A stretch of DNA of 63,992 nt, the filler included, from Octopus bimaculoides (taxonomy: Eukaryota), in the NCBI RefSeq assembly GCF_001194135.2. It is 7 parts of 5 records of this genome, joined end to end, with 100 filler letters (N's around TTAATTAATTAA, not from the genome) between each part and the next. Parts side by side here need not be neighbours in the genome. Positions count along the whole stretch, not along the records: positions 1 to 16,206 come from NC_068983.1; positions 16,307 to 35,272 come from NC_068987.1; 5 more parts are not named here. The stretch is one strand, 5' to 3'. Of this stretch, positions 12,470 through 24,730 are shown piece by piece. The position numbers were made by a program, and so were the translations under genes. Under the pieces are notes generated by a model that saw only the letters and a list, made by a program, of their open reading frames with translations, did not search any database and had not been told where the DNA came from. The stretch's first letter is position 1. Every line of letters begins with the position of its first letter.

Positions 12470-12600
12470 GGGCATCCAGCCATAGAAACCATGCCAAATC
12501 AAACTGGAGTCTTGTGCAACTCCCCAGTTTGCCAGCTGTGGTCAAACCATCGAGCCCATGTCAGCATGGACAATGGACGTTGAATGATGATGATGATAAT
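12470..12600 (+). mobile_element. RTE-tailed SINE 3' end
   Basis: GGGCATCCAGCCATAGAAACC...CCCATGTCAGCATGGACAATGGACGTTGAATGATGATG. Confidence 0.7.
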
Positions 12601-12749
12601 AGGATTTTTTAAAGCATCAAATGTTCATTAGGGTCCAGTAGAGTAGAATAGGAATCAAAGGGATCTATACTTTAAAAAATGGTTGAGGAACACTGGTGTG
12701 GAACCTTGGGTGAATGTCATCTGCTCTAACCTCAAACTAACCAATACAT

Positions 12750-12824
12750 TTTGAGTGAGATTGGTAGACAGAAATTGTGTGGAGGCATACTGTGTATGTG
12801 TGCATGCACATGTGTGTGTGTGTA

Positions 12825-12907
<83 letters not shown>

Positions 12908-13115
12908 CTCTGTATATTTGTTTTTGTATTAACATTCTTTTGAAAAATGAACTGGCGTTTGTGTTAATATTCTTATCATAGTGGTGGATGTTAAAGAGAT
13001 CCCTAAAATAAGTACTAGACTTAAAGAAATAAGACCTGAAGTTGCCATGAGTGACTACAACCCTTCAAGGTGGTGTACCAGTATGGCTGCTTACAATCCA
13101 GTGAATGAAATAAAT
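12750..13115 (+). mobile_element. SINE family A, degraded copy containing long (TG)n
   Basis: GATTGGTAGACAGAAA before the (TG)n tract, and AATAAGTACTAGACTTAAAG...AAGGTGGTGTACCAGTATGGC after it. Confidence 0.6.
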
Positions 13116-13878
13116 CTGAGAGCAAAAAAGTGTATATTAAAATGATTTTTTTTTCTCATTAATTAGAAAGTAATTAATGCTCCTAATTAATATAACAACC
13201 TTAAAAATGAATTAGATAGTAATCAAGCGTGATTTTTTATCTGATAGTTTTTTTTTGCTCTATGTTCAGTTGAGTAAGCTGTTTCAGTTAATTTAGATAT
13301 GTCACCATTGTGTTGTTGTTACTGAAAATCTCTTCATATTTGGATATGCTTTCTTAGAGTCACTGCTGCTCACCTGTGAAGTTTTAATTAGGCATTCCTA
13401 AATATATGATATCCCTTTGCTATAAATATAATACAGTGGCCAGGACACATTAAATTTGCTTGCAATTGTATATTCAAGTAAATCTTTAAGATACATCATG
13501 TTAATTATATGTACTAAACTCAGTAGTTCTTAAACTGGGAAATACTAAGTCTTACTTTACCAAAATGTTTGTGAAATTTCTGTCCCCCTGCTCTTCCTTA
13601 GTATTAATAAGAAGATAAAATATAATATAATTCCTCCTTCACTCTGGTTTTGGTCAAATTTAAAAGTTCAGTTCTTTAGCATTTAAACTGGCCATATCTG
13701 GCCCAAATATTCGACCTGTTTTATGTACAAACTGACCAGATTCAGACTCTCACACCTATTCATGCCATATAAGAAATAAGCAATCAAATCATAGAAATCA
13801 TGGAGCTACAAGTAAAGCAAAGTGACTTAATAAGCAATGACATTTGATAGAGTAAACTGAATGCTAACAAAACAGTAA

Positions 13879-14085
13879 AGGCAGTGAGCTGGTAGAATCA
13901 GATAAAATGTTTTGTAGCATTTCCTCCAGCACATGCATGTTCTGAATTCAAAATGACTGCTGGGGTTGACTTTGTCTTTCATCCATTTGGATTCAATAAA
14001 ATAAGTACTAGTGGAGCACTGGGGGTCGGTGTAATTGACCAGTTCCCTTCCCAGAAAATTGTTGGCTTTGTACCAAAATTAGAAA
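13879..14085 (+). mobile_element. SINE family B, diverged copy
   Basis: GAGCTGGTAGAATC head and GTTGACTTTGTCTTTCATCCATTTGG core. Confidence 0.7.
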
Positions 14086-14494
14086 TTTATTAAATTTGAT
14101 AATTTGCCTGTTCCTTTTTCAATCTTCACAAGCTTACCTCCTTTCAAGGGAGTGCCAACCCCACATAAGAAACACAGTACTAATTCCTTAGTTGGATGTT
14201 GAAGCTTTTCTTTTCCTTTAAGAAACTTACTAGATGGCCTTGGTTGAAAATGAGAATGATTGTTTGTATAATCCAGATGGGACATAGGCCTGAGGTTCTT
14301 CTACTTATTTAGGGGTCACCTGGAACAAGGTATATCTGTGTTTTGTAAAATCCAATACATCTAATACATCCAGTTACCCACCACAATACAATATGATGCA
14401 TTCAAGTATTGAATCTGTCAATATATGTTGAACGCAGTCTTAATATTTTGACTTTATTCAGTTCCTGATTCTAACCATTTTTATTTTCTCTTAG

Positions 14495-14520
14495 GCCCAG
14501 AAGGCAGCAATGTTCACAAT
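14495..14520 (+). CDS. Candidate 26-nt micro-exon of an unidentified gene
   Basis: CTAAC branch (14471-14475), TTTTTATTTTCTCTTAG acceptor and GTAAAT donor. Joins in frame with 14747-14785. Confidence 0.4.
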
Positions 14521-14746
14521 GTAAATTGTATATAAAAACTGGAATAGTAGACATTATAATAGCTATTAGATTAGAGTCAGTAGATTTTTTCCTAGCAAAG
14601 GCTGCAACAGACAAAAGCTTCTTTTGTTGTACTATGAGTTACTTTTGTGAACCAACAAAGAAAATTTTGCTTTTAAAAATCATTTTCGATTTTATAATTT
14701 TTCTTTTCTTTCTTATTATCATTCTCTCCTTTTATTTTATTGACAG

Positions 14747-14785
14747 GTTGATCCAAAAGCTTGTAACCCTCGCACAGCAAACAAG
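14747..14785 (+). CDS. Candidate 39-nt micro-exon (VDPKACNPRTANK or LIQKLVTLAQQT frame)
   Basis: Long pyrimidine tract ending TGACAG, with an AAG|GTAATA donor. A GC-richer island in AT-rich DNA. Confidence 0.5.
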
Positions 14786-16161
14786 GTAATATTATTTTAT
14801 TGAATATTGAAAATAATGTAGGTTAAGAGAAAAAGAAAAATATTAAAAAAAAAAAAAACGATACAGTATTGACATTCAAATAAAGTCATAGCAGTAAAAG
14901 TGCTTTTGTAAGAGTTAAGAAGATATTGTGATTGAGTGATTACTGTGTTCAACTATTGATCAGAAGATCACAGCCTTGCCACTAGCATATTGTTGTGTCA
15001 TTCCATTCCTAAGTCAAACGGTTGGTGTTAGAAATGTTTGGACTTGTAGAATCATCTTAACCTATGCTTCTATTTAAATACGTTTTTCATGTTTTATTAT
15101 AGATTTAGCAATTTACTATTATTATTTTTGAAATCATCCTTGCATCAGATACATTAAGTATTGATTGAAATTGAAAATAACTTTCTTTTAGTTTTAAGAT
15201 TTGCACCTTTTTATCATATTTATGACAGAATTCTTTATTGTTATTGGAATTTTTTTGTTTGTATAAAAAAAAAAAACAGCAAAAAATAACACAATGCTGT
15301 TTAACATCTATTTCATTGACTCTCCATGAATCAAAGACAGCCAACTAGCTACTTGGCTGCAATTTACCATTTTAACCCCTTTAATAAATACCAACCTATC
15401 TGAAGGAGCCTCTGATTTTATAACACAAAGTTCATGCTTTAAAATGTTCTAAATTAAAACCTATTAAAATTTCATGTTAATTTATGTTCCAAACATCAAC
15501 TTAACCATGACAAAGTTATTATGCTAAATTTGTCATCATTTTCAAAATTAATTGAAGAAAAATAGTAATGCATTTCAACAAAAATATAGTAGCAATAGGG
15601 TTAACACTCATTTTATCTAAGTATATTTTTGTTGTTTTCACTAGCCCTAGAGAGATAAAATACTAAATCAGTCTTGCCATTGAAACTGTTCATCAGTTAT
15701 TCATTTATTTATTCCTGTCTAGCATTCTTTCACCAGACAATTTGCCTTCTAGTCAGCAAACATTTTTCAGGCTAAAGATTATGTTAAATTTTCGGCTTAT
15801 TTCTGCATTTTGTTGGAACAAAATTACTAAAGTGAAAAGAAAAAAGGCAATAAAATTTTTTTTTTATTCTGCTTTCTTTTATATTAAAAGAAAAAAGAAA
15901 AACCAACAAGATACTCATATTATATTAGAAGAAGATTTACTCCTATCTGCTACATATTTTCCAAATATATTTCAGTTAGCTGATTTTATTGGAGTTATTC
16001 CTCTTGTATTTTTATATTTTAGATTATTAAACACTCCTAATTGCATAGATGATCTCTGAAATTTTACAACTTGCTTGAAAAATGAAGTTTAACATAAACT
16101 TGCTTTTACTATTCGAGTTGGAGAATATAGTCTATTAAAAATTTGAGTTAGAAAAATTTTG

Positions 16162-16206
<45 letters not shown>

Positions 16207-16306
16207 NNNNNNNNNNNNNNNNNNNNNNNNNNNNNNNNNNNNNNNNNNNNTTAATTAATTAANNNNNNNNNNNNNNNNNNNNNNNNNNNNNNNNNNNNNN
16301 NNNNNN
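16207..16306. other. Artificial scaffold join (44 N + TTAATTAATTAA + 44 N)
   Basis: Exact 100-bp structure repeated six times in the window. The 12-mer has stop codons in all six frames. Confidence 0.95.
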
Positions 16307-16842
16307 CGATCATGCTCTTCTCTTTCTCTCCTTCCGTTGTCTGTGGTGAAAGGAACAAAAGAGGAGTGGAGTTGTTGTTGTTCTTTTTGTTATTGTTGTT
16401 CTTGGTGGTAGTGGTGGCTGTGATGTCGGTGGCAGTAGTGGTTTTGGTTTTGTTGTCGTTGGTGGCGGTCGTAATGGTGGTAGTGGAGGTGGTGAAGGCA
16501 GTAGTAGTAAACGCAGCATTCCTGGTCTCTACGTCTTGTGTTCGTTCATGCGGAACGACTTGTAGGTCAGTCTCCTTGCCTGCTATTAGAGGCAAATCGA
16601 CCACGTGTGAAGGCCTAGCCATATTTGTTTTACGAAATATGGCAAATAAGCCGGAGAAAAATAAACAAACTTTTGGAAATAAACTCCAGAAGGAGCCACT
16701 TCCTATTACAAAAAAACCAATAGGGTCGAAGTGTATAGTCTTATACACCTCTTCCACAAAAAATATTTTAAAACTGCAAACTTTTTGACATATAAAAGGC
16801 CAACTTACTTGCGAGCCGATGCGACTAGCATCCGTCCAGATC

Positions 16843-16875
<33 letters not shown>

Positions 16876-17373
16876 NNNNNNNNNNNNNNNNNNNNNNNNN
16901 NNNNNNNNNNNNNNNNNNNNNNNNNNNNNNNNNNNNNNNNNNNNNNNNNNNNNNNNNNNNNNNNNNNNNNNNNNNNNNNNNNNNNNNNNNNNNNNNNNNN
17001 NNNNNNNNNNNNNNNNNNNNNNNNNNNNNNNNNNNNNNNNNNNNNNNNNNNNNNNNNNNNNNNNNNNNNNNNNNNNNNNNNNNNNNNNNNNNNNNNNNNN
17101 NNNNNNNNNNNNNNNNNNNNNNNNNNNNNNNNNNNNNNNNNNNNNNNNNNNNNNNNNNNNNNNNNNNNNNNNNNNNNNNNNNNNNNNNNNNNNNNNNNNN
17201 NNNNNNNNNNNNNNNNNNNNNNNNNNNNNNNNNNNNNNNNNNTAACATTAGGTTTATCCATGGAGAGAAAAGCCTACGGAAAAGACCATGGTAACCTCAG
17301 CAGGGAATAGACACATGAGAGCGAAGTGCTCTCTCTCTCTTTTTTTTTTAATTTTTTTTTTTTCGATTTATAG

Positions 17374-17529
17374 GATCATGCTCAAAGAGGTATCGTCACT
17401 CGCACGCACCATCTTTGCTACATTCACCCACCTTTTAATGAAACTTTCACGAGACAAAAACTGTCTCTCTATTCTCACCTTCCTATTCAAGTGATACTTG
17501 AAAAAGTTGATGAGCGATTGGCCAGAGAG
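17374..17529 (+). CDS. Orphan 156-nt phase 0-0 exon (DHAQRGIVTRTHHLCYIHPPFNETFTRQKLSLYSHLPIQVILEKVDERLARE)
   Basis: Long poly-T tract plus ATAG acceptor, GAG|GTAAGT donor, and 52 codons without a stop. Product not recognised. Confidence 0.55.
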
Positions 17530-17675
17530 GTAAGTTTTCGTCTCTAATCCTTTCGCTCGGGTCCACCACACACATTCGTTCACCATGGCCACCAGTATGA
17601 TGAACACTCCCAGCCTTCTCTGTCGAGGGACGGTGGTGGAGCAATTTGCACAATAGACTCGAGACAGATAAATAT

Positions 17676-17681
17676 TGATAG

Positions 17682-17760
<79 letters not shown>
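17676..17760. repeat. (GATA)n microsatellite abutting the CR1 3' end
   Basis: Directly visible tetranucleotide run. Confidence 0.9.
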
Positions 17761-20700
17761 CTTTACTTTGATACTTTGATAGGTTTCGGCCAGTATTGGC
17801 CAAGGCCATGTCTATCCTAATAGCACCACCTGGCAAAATCATTCAAATCAGAAATCAGACATGTCCCACTCGAGGCGAGAGTTATTGATTAAGGTGACAC
17901 ATCGAGGTGTAGGAGGTTTATCTGTGATTTTTTGAAGGAATTTGTCCAAAGACTACTTGAACTCTGTGGTGTCTGTCTCTACTTTAATGTGTTTTGATAT
18001 AATATTAAAAAAAGCGGGGCCAATTGAAGAGAAATAATTTTGCCCTATTGTTGTTATGTGATGTGACTATGATTTATGTTGTGGGCGGACAGCACGTGCT
18101 CCAAGTCTTGGGTGTATCTTAAAGTCGATGCCAACATTATTTGGGCAATACTGATGGAATATTTTCCACATGATAATGATGCCGCGCTCACGGCAGCGTT
18201 GGTGATAATAAAGCTTGAGCTTTTCTAGTCGACCCCAATAGTCAAGGCCTATCATGCCATCTATCTTTTTTGTAATTGACCTTTGAGGTGCTTCAATTTT
18301 CATGATACTTTGTTTCGTGTGGGAAGACCACAGTGGACAACATTATTCAACGTGGGGTCGGGCAAAAGTAGAGAAGAGAAGGATAATGGTGTGGATACCA
18401 TTCGACTGGAAAGTTCAGAGAATCCAGGAGTACAACCTGCGGGCCATGTCAACTTTGCCGTTTATATGAGCTGCCCAGCTTATGTTGTTGTCCACACTTA
18501 CTCCCGACTCTCTGACGTTGTTGGATACCATGTGAGTTTCATCTGAAGGAAGGGAGTATGGGAGTTTCGGGCTATCCAATTTTCCGAAGTGGATTTATTC
18601 AAATTTATCCTCGTTCAGCAGCATATTATTCTTTTCTGCCCATTGGATGACAGCGAGTAGATATGACTGAAGGCATGACCGGTGATCCACTTCATTGAGT
18701 TCCTTCTGGATATTGCAATCATCTGCAAATATTCTTAGGTTACTGTGCAGATGATGTCAGTAATGTCATTGATGTAGATGATGAAAAGAAGTGGGCTCAA
18801 CACAGTGCCTTGTGGAACACAACGACTGACTTTGGCTAGGCTTGATTTTACTCCTTCAACTACAATGTGTTGGGTTCTGCCTGTCAGGAGACGCTTCATC
18901 CACTGTAGTAACTTTCCAGAGACACCAATGTTGGAAAGTTTTCTCAAGAGGATCTTGCGATCCCCCTGTCAAACGGCTTGCTGAAATCAAGGTAGGAACT
19001 GCTGAACCTCATGTTGCCTGGCGTTCAGCAGTCTCTTGCTTTCAAGAAAGTGGGTTATCCGTGACTTCACCACCCTCTCATATACCTTGATGATATTAGA
19101 GATGAGCGAGATCGGCTGGTAGTACACTTTTTGAAACCTGGGACAACAGACTGGGAATATAACGAGCATTCAATGAGTTCCGCCCCAGATTAGATTGTGT
19201 CGACAAAATATCAGGAAACAAGCAGAAAACCTATCAGGGCCTACTGCTGAATTCTGTTTAATTTCATTTATAGCCACTAAGACATCTGGGACGCCAAACG
19301 TTACGTCCGATATACTGTGTTGAGAATTAACATCACTGATAAAGTTCAGATCTGACATATCACGTTTGCTAAAAACAGAGCAGTACAGTTTCTGCAGTAT
19401 CTCACTCATGGTTTTGGCATTATCTTGGAGATTGCCATTTTTATCAATTAGGGAGCCCAAAGTGGAGACAGTGACCTTGTGTTTTTTCGCAAAAGGGAAA
19501 AAAAATTTGGGGTTGAGTTTGATTTTCTAAACTGCCCATATCTCCTCATCTATTCTCAGGTTAATGACGATGGTCTTCATGCATTGTTGGAAGTTATATT
19601 TTTTGGATTCGAGCAGGCTGATAGCCGTTGCATTTATGCGTGGCTGTTGGCAGTATTTTAGTTTGTTAATTTTTTTGTTCTTTTTATTTTTCTTGATAAT
19701 CGTTTTTGTGTTTTGAGGAATTCTGCACTTAGTTTTCTTCAGAGGTTTGGTAGTATCTGTAAGCATATATGTTTGCGACAGTGTCTACAAACATCTGCCA
19801 AGATATTTTGATGCTGGAGGATGTGTGTGTGTGTATGTGTGAAAGACCAGTCAACATGTGATAGATCGTCTATGATTGTGTCCCAGTCGGCATTATAGAT
19901 ATTCATAGTAACACATGAGTGGGCTGGAGAGAGGTCACTAGGGTTAGCTTTTGGCTGGCGGAATCTCAAGATTACAGAGAACAATGTCATGGTCTGAAAC
20001 AAGGAATTTTTTCCACTGAAATATAGTGTACTATGTTAGTGTGATTACTAAACACAAGGTCTAAAATGTTCTGATATCTTGTTTGTGCAAGGACAAGTTG
20101 GGACAAGAAAAACTCATTCATAAATTCGGGAAGTGAATCTACTGCTTCTTTGTCAGTAGATGAGGTGGGAGTGCCTGATTTCAAACTGTTTGCAGACCAA
20201 TCAACACTAGGTAGATGGAAATCTCCCATCATAATTATGTTATTAGAATGCCACTGTTGAATAAAGCTCTTAATGCTGTTGAGGCATTCATTAAAGCGTG
20301 CTATGGGTGTTTTGAGGAGGCCTACACAGCCCAACTACTACCAGGACATTGGTTTTGTTGTGAACAACAGTTACCGATTCACAGTAGCCATTGGAGAATG
20401 TCATATTCCCATCTACCGAAAAGGAATCATGCAGGGAAAAGGCGGTTCCACCCATGCTTCTGTCGACTTGATCCGTATGGATGGTTGTGAAATTCATTAC
20501 TTTCACTTTGGCTTCCAGTTGGGATTTGTCAAGGTGGGTTCCGTAAGAATGAAGAAAGGGATGTGGTGTGGATTGTTACCAACCCAATCCTCAATCAATT
20601 GGATCATCCATTTCTGCGAATTGATGGACGGACTGACACCCGTGTGCCTTGAGTAAAAATGTGGTAGTGACAGCAATGTGGGGAGGTGGTTCTTCTTGTA

Positions 20701-20803
20701 TTTCTTTTGTCAGTTTCAACATGGTTAAAAGTGTATTTGATTGGACATGTGGTTGCACTGTTAGATAGGATGGCCGTTTCAGCTTTTGTTGTGGTTTTTG
20801 TTT

Positions 20804-20835
<32 letters not shown>

Positions 20836-21790
20836 GGTCGTGGTGGTGGTAGTGCTGTTATTGCTTTTGTGTGTTCGTGAAAAGACTAGACCAGGATTAC
20901 TGTGGTAGGCAGTGTCTTTACTGTGGTTTGTGTGTTGGCTTGAAGCCCCATTTCTGTTAGTGCATCGGGTCACTGGAAGATGAATGAAAGGACAATCACG
21001 CAACAGATATAATTTCTTGCGTTGGGAATACCGGCAGACATCGTGTGCAGAGCCTGTAATGTAGGGAATAACGGCATACTTTGGGGATTCTTGTTAGTGT
21101 AGTGGGGGGCACATTCCGCTTCATAGATGTTTTAAAGTTTTTTTTATACTATAGTAGGATTGAGGTGGCGATGTGGGATAAGAAACACTGGCTTATTTTT
21201 AGTATTTGAGGTGGAAGAAGATGATGGAAGAGATGTTATCATTCAGTAGATTAGCTATTGTGCTAGAATTTAGGAGCGTCTCTTCTGATGTTGTTCATTA
21301 TTTTCTGGCTATTCTTGTCGTTTAGCTTGTTACTGTTCATGATTTCCTGGCTCATGTTGGTGTTTTGCTTGTTGCTGCTGTTCATGGTTTACTGGCTTTT
21401 GCTGTTGTTGTGCTTGACCAATATTTAAAGAGAAAATATATCGATGCTTTTCAAAATGACCCTGAATTAGGTTGAAGGAAACCTGAAAGTGTTCTTAGTT
21501 CGCTGCGAATCTGCATAACAGTTCACGTGTTGAGTATCTGCGCTCGTTTTTTTTTTTTTTTTTTTTTTTTTTTTTGGCAATCTCATTCAGACACTAAGTG
21601 TTTATGTTTTCTGTTTGGAAGAGAGAAAACCAAATGCTTATTAGGAGGTCAATTTCATTAGTAGACCAATTTCGGTATTGTAAGTCTGCTGGTTAGTCGC
21701 CATGTTTTTCTTTTTCTTTTCTCTTCGTTTAGTTTTGTTTCAGATAAATATATATACGCCGGAGTTTTAATGGTGGCAGCTGATGAAGGG
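17760..21790 (-). mobile_element. Near full-length decayed CR1-like LINE (ORF1 remnant + APE endonuclease + RT)
   Basis: APE motifs GGTAF, MGDFHLP and NILDLVF (20000-20500). RT motifs YQPISL, VPQGTVLSPLLFIIYIND and FADD (~18718-19150). 3' hairpin GGCCA-ATAC-TGGCC and (ATCAAAGT)2 tail. Putative ORF1 start aacATGGCG at 21703. Many stops and frameshifts. Confidence 0.88.
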
Positions 21791-21940
21791 GATGTTTCTA
21801 TGTGGCCTGCTTGTTTGTTGCACCTTGTTTACCATTTTGTCCTTGTTCTTTTGCCACGTCATGTACCCAGTTATGTATCTATATGTACATGTAGATGAAC
21901 GTATATACATACATGTACATATATATGCATATACTCATAT

Positions 21941-21981
<41 letters not shown>

Positions 21982-22314
21982 TTTCTTGTGTGTGTGTGTG
22001 AGGCTTTTATGATCTGAAGGTATTAAAGAAGTGTATGTATATAGATATATTCTGTCTTATGGGTGTGACATTTGAATTATTTGGTTGTTTGTTTAGGGTT
22101 GATTCGAATATATGTAAATGTTCTTTCTTATGTGTGTGAGGCTTTGATTATCTGAACATGCTAAAGAAATATATAAAAGAAGTGTATGTATAGAATTATT
22201 CTCTTTTATGGGTGTGAGTTACTCGTTAGTTCAGGGTATATTTGTAGTTTAAGTAATAAATCGTACTTACGAGTATGTAAACACGTGTTTACAGATATAT
22301 GTGTGTGTATGTGG

Positions 22315-22355
<41 letters not shown>

Positions 22356-23287
22356 CGGTCAGTTTAGCTTGAGGCTGTGTAGCTCGCTACTGAATTTGGC
22401 TGAGGGAAGCAGAACAAAGCTGTATACATCATAACACACAAACTGATAATTTAATTTCTGTTGACCCTTTGTCATTAGAATTTCGTTTAATGATAAGATG
22501 TTTACATATATTCGCTCTAGTGAATACAAAATAAGATTTCCGGTATATTGCTTGTTTCACAGGAATATAAATTTCCAGCTATTCTAGTCATTTTAACAAA
22601 TTTTCCTATTGTCTTTAATCGCAAAATTTAGCTCATTACAATATTTTGACAGTTCCTTTTGCAGAATTACTTTGAAATATAAATTTTGTCCTAAATATTT
22701 CTGTTCAGAAATCAGTTTTAAAAGATTGATTTGATCTCTCATATTATGTGTGATCTCATGAACCTTTCACAGTTTAGGTATCAATATATACCACTAGCAG
22801 CCTTACTACTTTTATATATGTAGATGTTTTCTTAAAAAAGTCTCTATGAAAACTACGTTCATTATTGTCATTTTAGCTTAGCATTTTAGCATAGCATTGT
22901 ATAATTTCAGTAAAGCTTCTAACGTTGAAATATTTCAAGACATATTGGCATCATTTGCTTATTTGTATTGGTATTATAGTGAATGTTGAGTTCCTAAGTA
23001 CAATTACAAATACCAGGTTCCAATAAGTGCTCTGACATCCAGCAACCAAAGACTGTTTTACGTAACGGAGCGACTAGTCTATACTAAACAAATATAAAAT
23101 ATGTCTTCAATACTACGATAGAAGCAGTGCTTCATATTCTCAACTCATTTTTATTTCCATTGTGATCAATGTAAAACGTAGGACATAGTTAAATATATAT
23201 TTAATGAAAATGAAATTGTTCGTTAACTTGAGTAATTTTTAAAAATTACTATATTAATTACTTGTTCCATTACCATTCTTTTTGCAG

Positions 23288-23389
23288 ATAAAAGGAGACA
23301 ATGAAATTGTTCCTGTTGTAGAGTCATGCGCCAGTGATTATATGACAATATGGATGGGTCTTATATATGCTTATAAAGGTTTACTTCTG
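23288..23389 (+). CDS. GABBR2: GABA-B receptor subunit 2-like exon: ECL2 end and TM5 (IKGDNEIVPVVESCASDYMTIWMGLIYAYKGLLL)
   Basis: TTTTTTGCAG acceptor, CTG|GTAAGT donor, 102 nt, phase 0-0. Matches the GABBR2 motif C...MTIWLGIVYAYKGLLM. Confidence 0.92.
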
Positions 23390-23724
23390 GTAAGTATATG
23401 ATTCAAAATATTTTGTTTCGTGTGTTTTATGGATTTAAAAACGACAATTAATTCTCTTCATATGTCGGGGGATGAGCGGTGGTGGCAAATTTCCCATCTA
23501 TTTAAAGGAGGGTAAAGATCGAGATTATATGGAATTTCGTGACATTTCAGTTAACAGAAACAAATTAGCTGAATAAGCTATCTTATTCAGCTACTTTCCA
23601 ATCATTCAGAAACTGTAGCATTGATGGTTTCCTTTACAATATTTATTGACAACCAGCAGAGAAATTTCTCATGTTACAAGTATAATTGTATATGTATATA
23701 TAATTCTACATAAACGGTTTCATA

Positions 23725-23916
23725 TTTCGCCTCAAAGCAGTAGATTTGATGGAGAGGCTAAGTTCATACATCAACCCCAGCGTTCAACTGGTACTAATTT
23801 TATCGACCCCAAAATGATGAACGGCTGAGTCGACCTCGGAAGTATTTGAATTCAGAACATGAAGACTGACGAAATACCGTAAGGATTTTGCCAGTTTACT
23901 AACTGTTCTACCTGCT
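23725..23916 (-). mobile_element. SINE family B copy (intronic)
   Basis: TTTTATCGACCCCAAAATGATGAACGGCTGAGTCGACCTCGG...TTGAATTCAGAAC on the + strand. Confidence 0.75.
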
Positions 23917-24011
23917 TGAATTAAACAATTATATCATTCTACAACAGATAGCTCATCCGTTGCTACCACTGAAAAACTAATATATCTGTTGGCAGAATAC
24001 TGTGTAGATAA

Positions 24012-24245
24012 AAGTGGTGAGTTGGCAGAATCGTTAGTACACCGGGCGAAATGCTTAGCAGTATTTCGTCTGCCGTTACATTCTGTGTTCAAATTCCGCC
24101 TAGGTCGACTGTCTTTTCATCCTTTCGGGGTCGATAAATTAAGTACCAGTTACGCACTGGGGTCGATATAATCGACTTAATCCCTTTGCCTGTCCTTGTT
24201 TGTCCCCTCTATGTTTAGCCCCTTGTGGCCAATAAGGAAATAAGA
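24012..24245 (+). mobile_element. SINE family B copy with alternative 3' tail
   Basis: Typical head and core, then TCCCTTTGCCTGTCCTTGTTTGTCCCCTCTATGTTTAGCCCCTTGTGG...AATAAG instead of the usual GGCCTTGTGCC tail. Confidence 0.85.
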
Positions 24246-24464
24246 ATACTGTATAGATAATGCGAAAATATTGTAGGCAATCAGTTCTATTGCGACATTT
24301 GGCTAAATTTTATAAATTAGTTTACTTGTCTTTGCACGCGCTTGAATGTTATATGTAAATATATGATTCTTTTAAATAAGTTAAAGCATGTGAATAGACT
24401 TATATATATGGGGAACGGGGATAGTTATATCTATCTATCTATCTCTATGTGTGAGTGTGTGTGT

Positions 24465-24517
<53 letters not shown>

Positions 24518-24519
<2 letters not shown>

Positions 24520-24599
24520 GGTCGTCGTAGACTTCCGACCAAATCGACTTACGACCAGTCAGTCGCAACCAATTGTGGTCGTAAGCCGACGACAATCTG
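24518..24599. mobile_element. Small degraded Tigger/pogo-like MITE
   Basis: CAGGTCGTCGTAGACTTCCGACC ... GGTCGTAAGCCGACGACAATCTG|TA ends, with an internal 13/14 inverted repeat TCGACTTACGACCA / TGGTCGTAAGCCGA. Confidence 0.5.
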
Positions 24600-24692
24600 T
24601 ATGTATATGTAGTTCAAATTTACAAAAGACGATGACTGGTGAGGGAACAACTAGCAGGTGTATTAGCTTGACGTTCGGGAAGAATGAGATAG

Positions 24693-24730
24693 TCTTTGAC
24701 GTTTCGAGCATACGCTCTTCAACAGAAAGA
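24693..24730 (-). ncRNA. Minimal type I hammerhead-ribozyme-like motif with variant core, inside a dispersed repeat
   Basis: - strand: UCUUU CUGUUGA A GAGC-GUAU-GCUC GAAAC GUC AAAGA. This gives stem I 5 bp, stem II 4 bp, a palindromic ACGU stem III and a GUC triplet. Confidence 0.6.

Noticed and set aside
16251-16262. TTAATTAATTAA (double PacI site) as a recurring biological motif or CRISPR-like repeat
   Set aside because: Always exactly centred in 44+44 Ns, so it is an assembly spacer.
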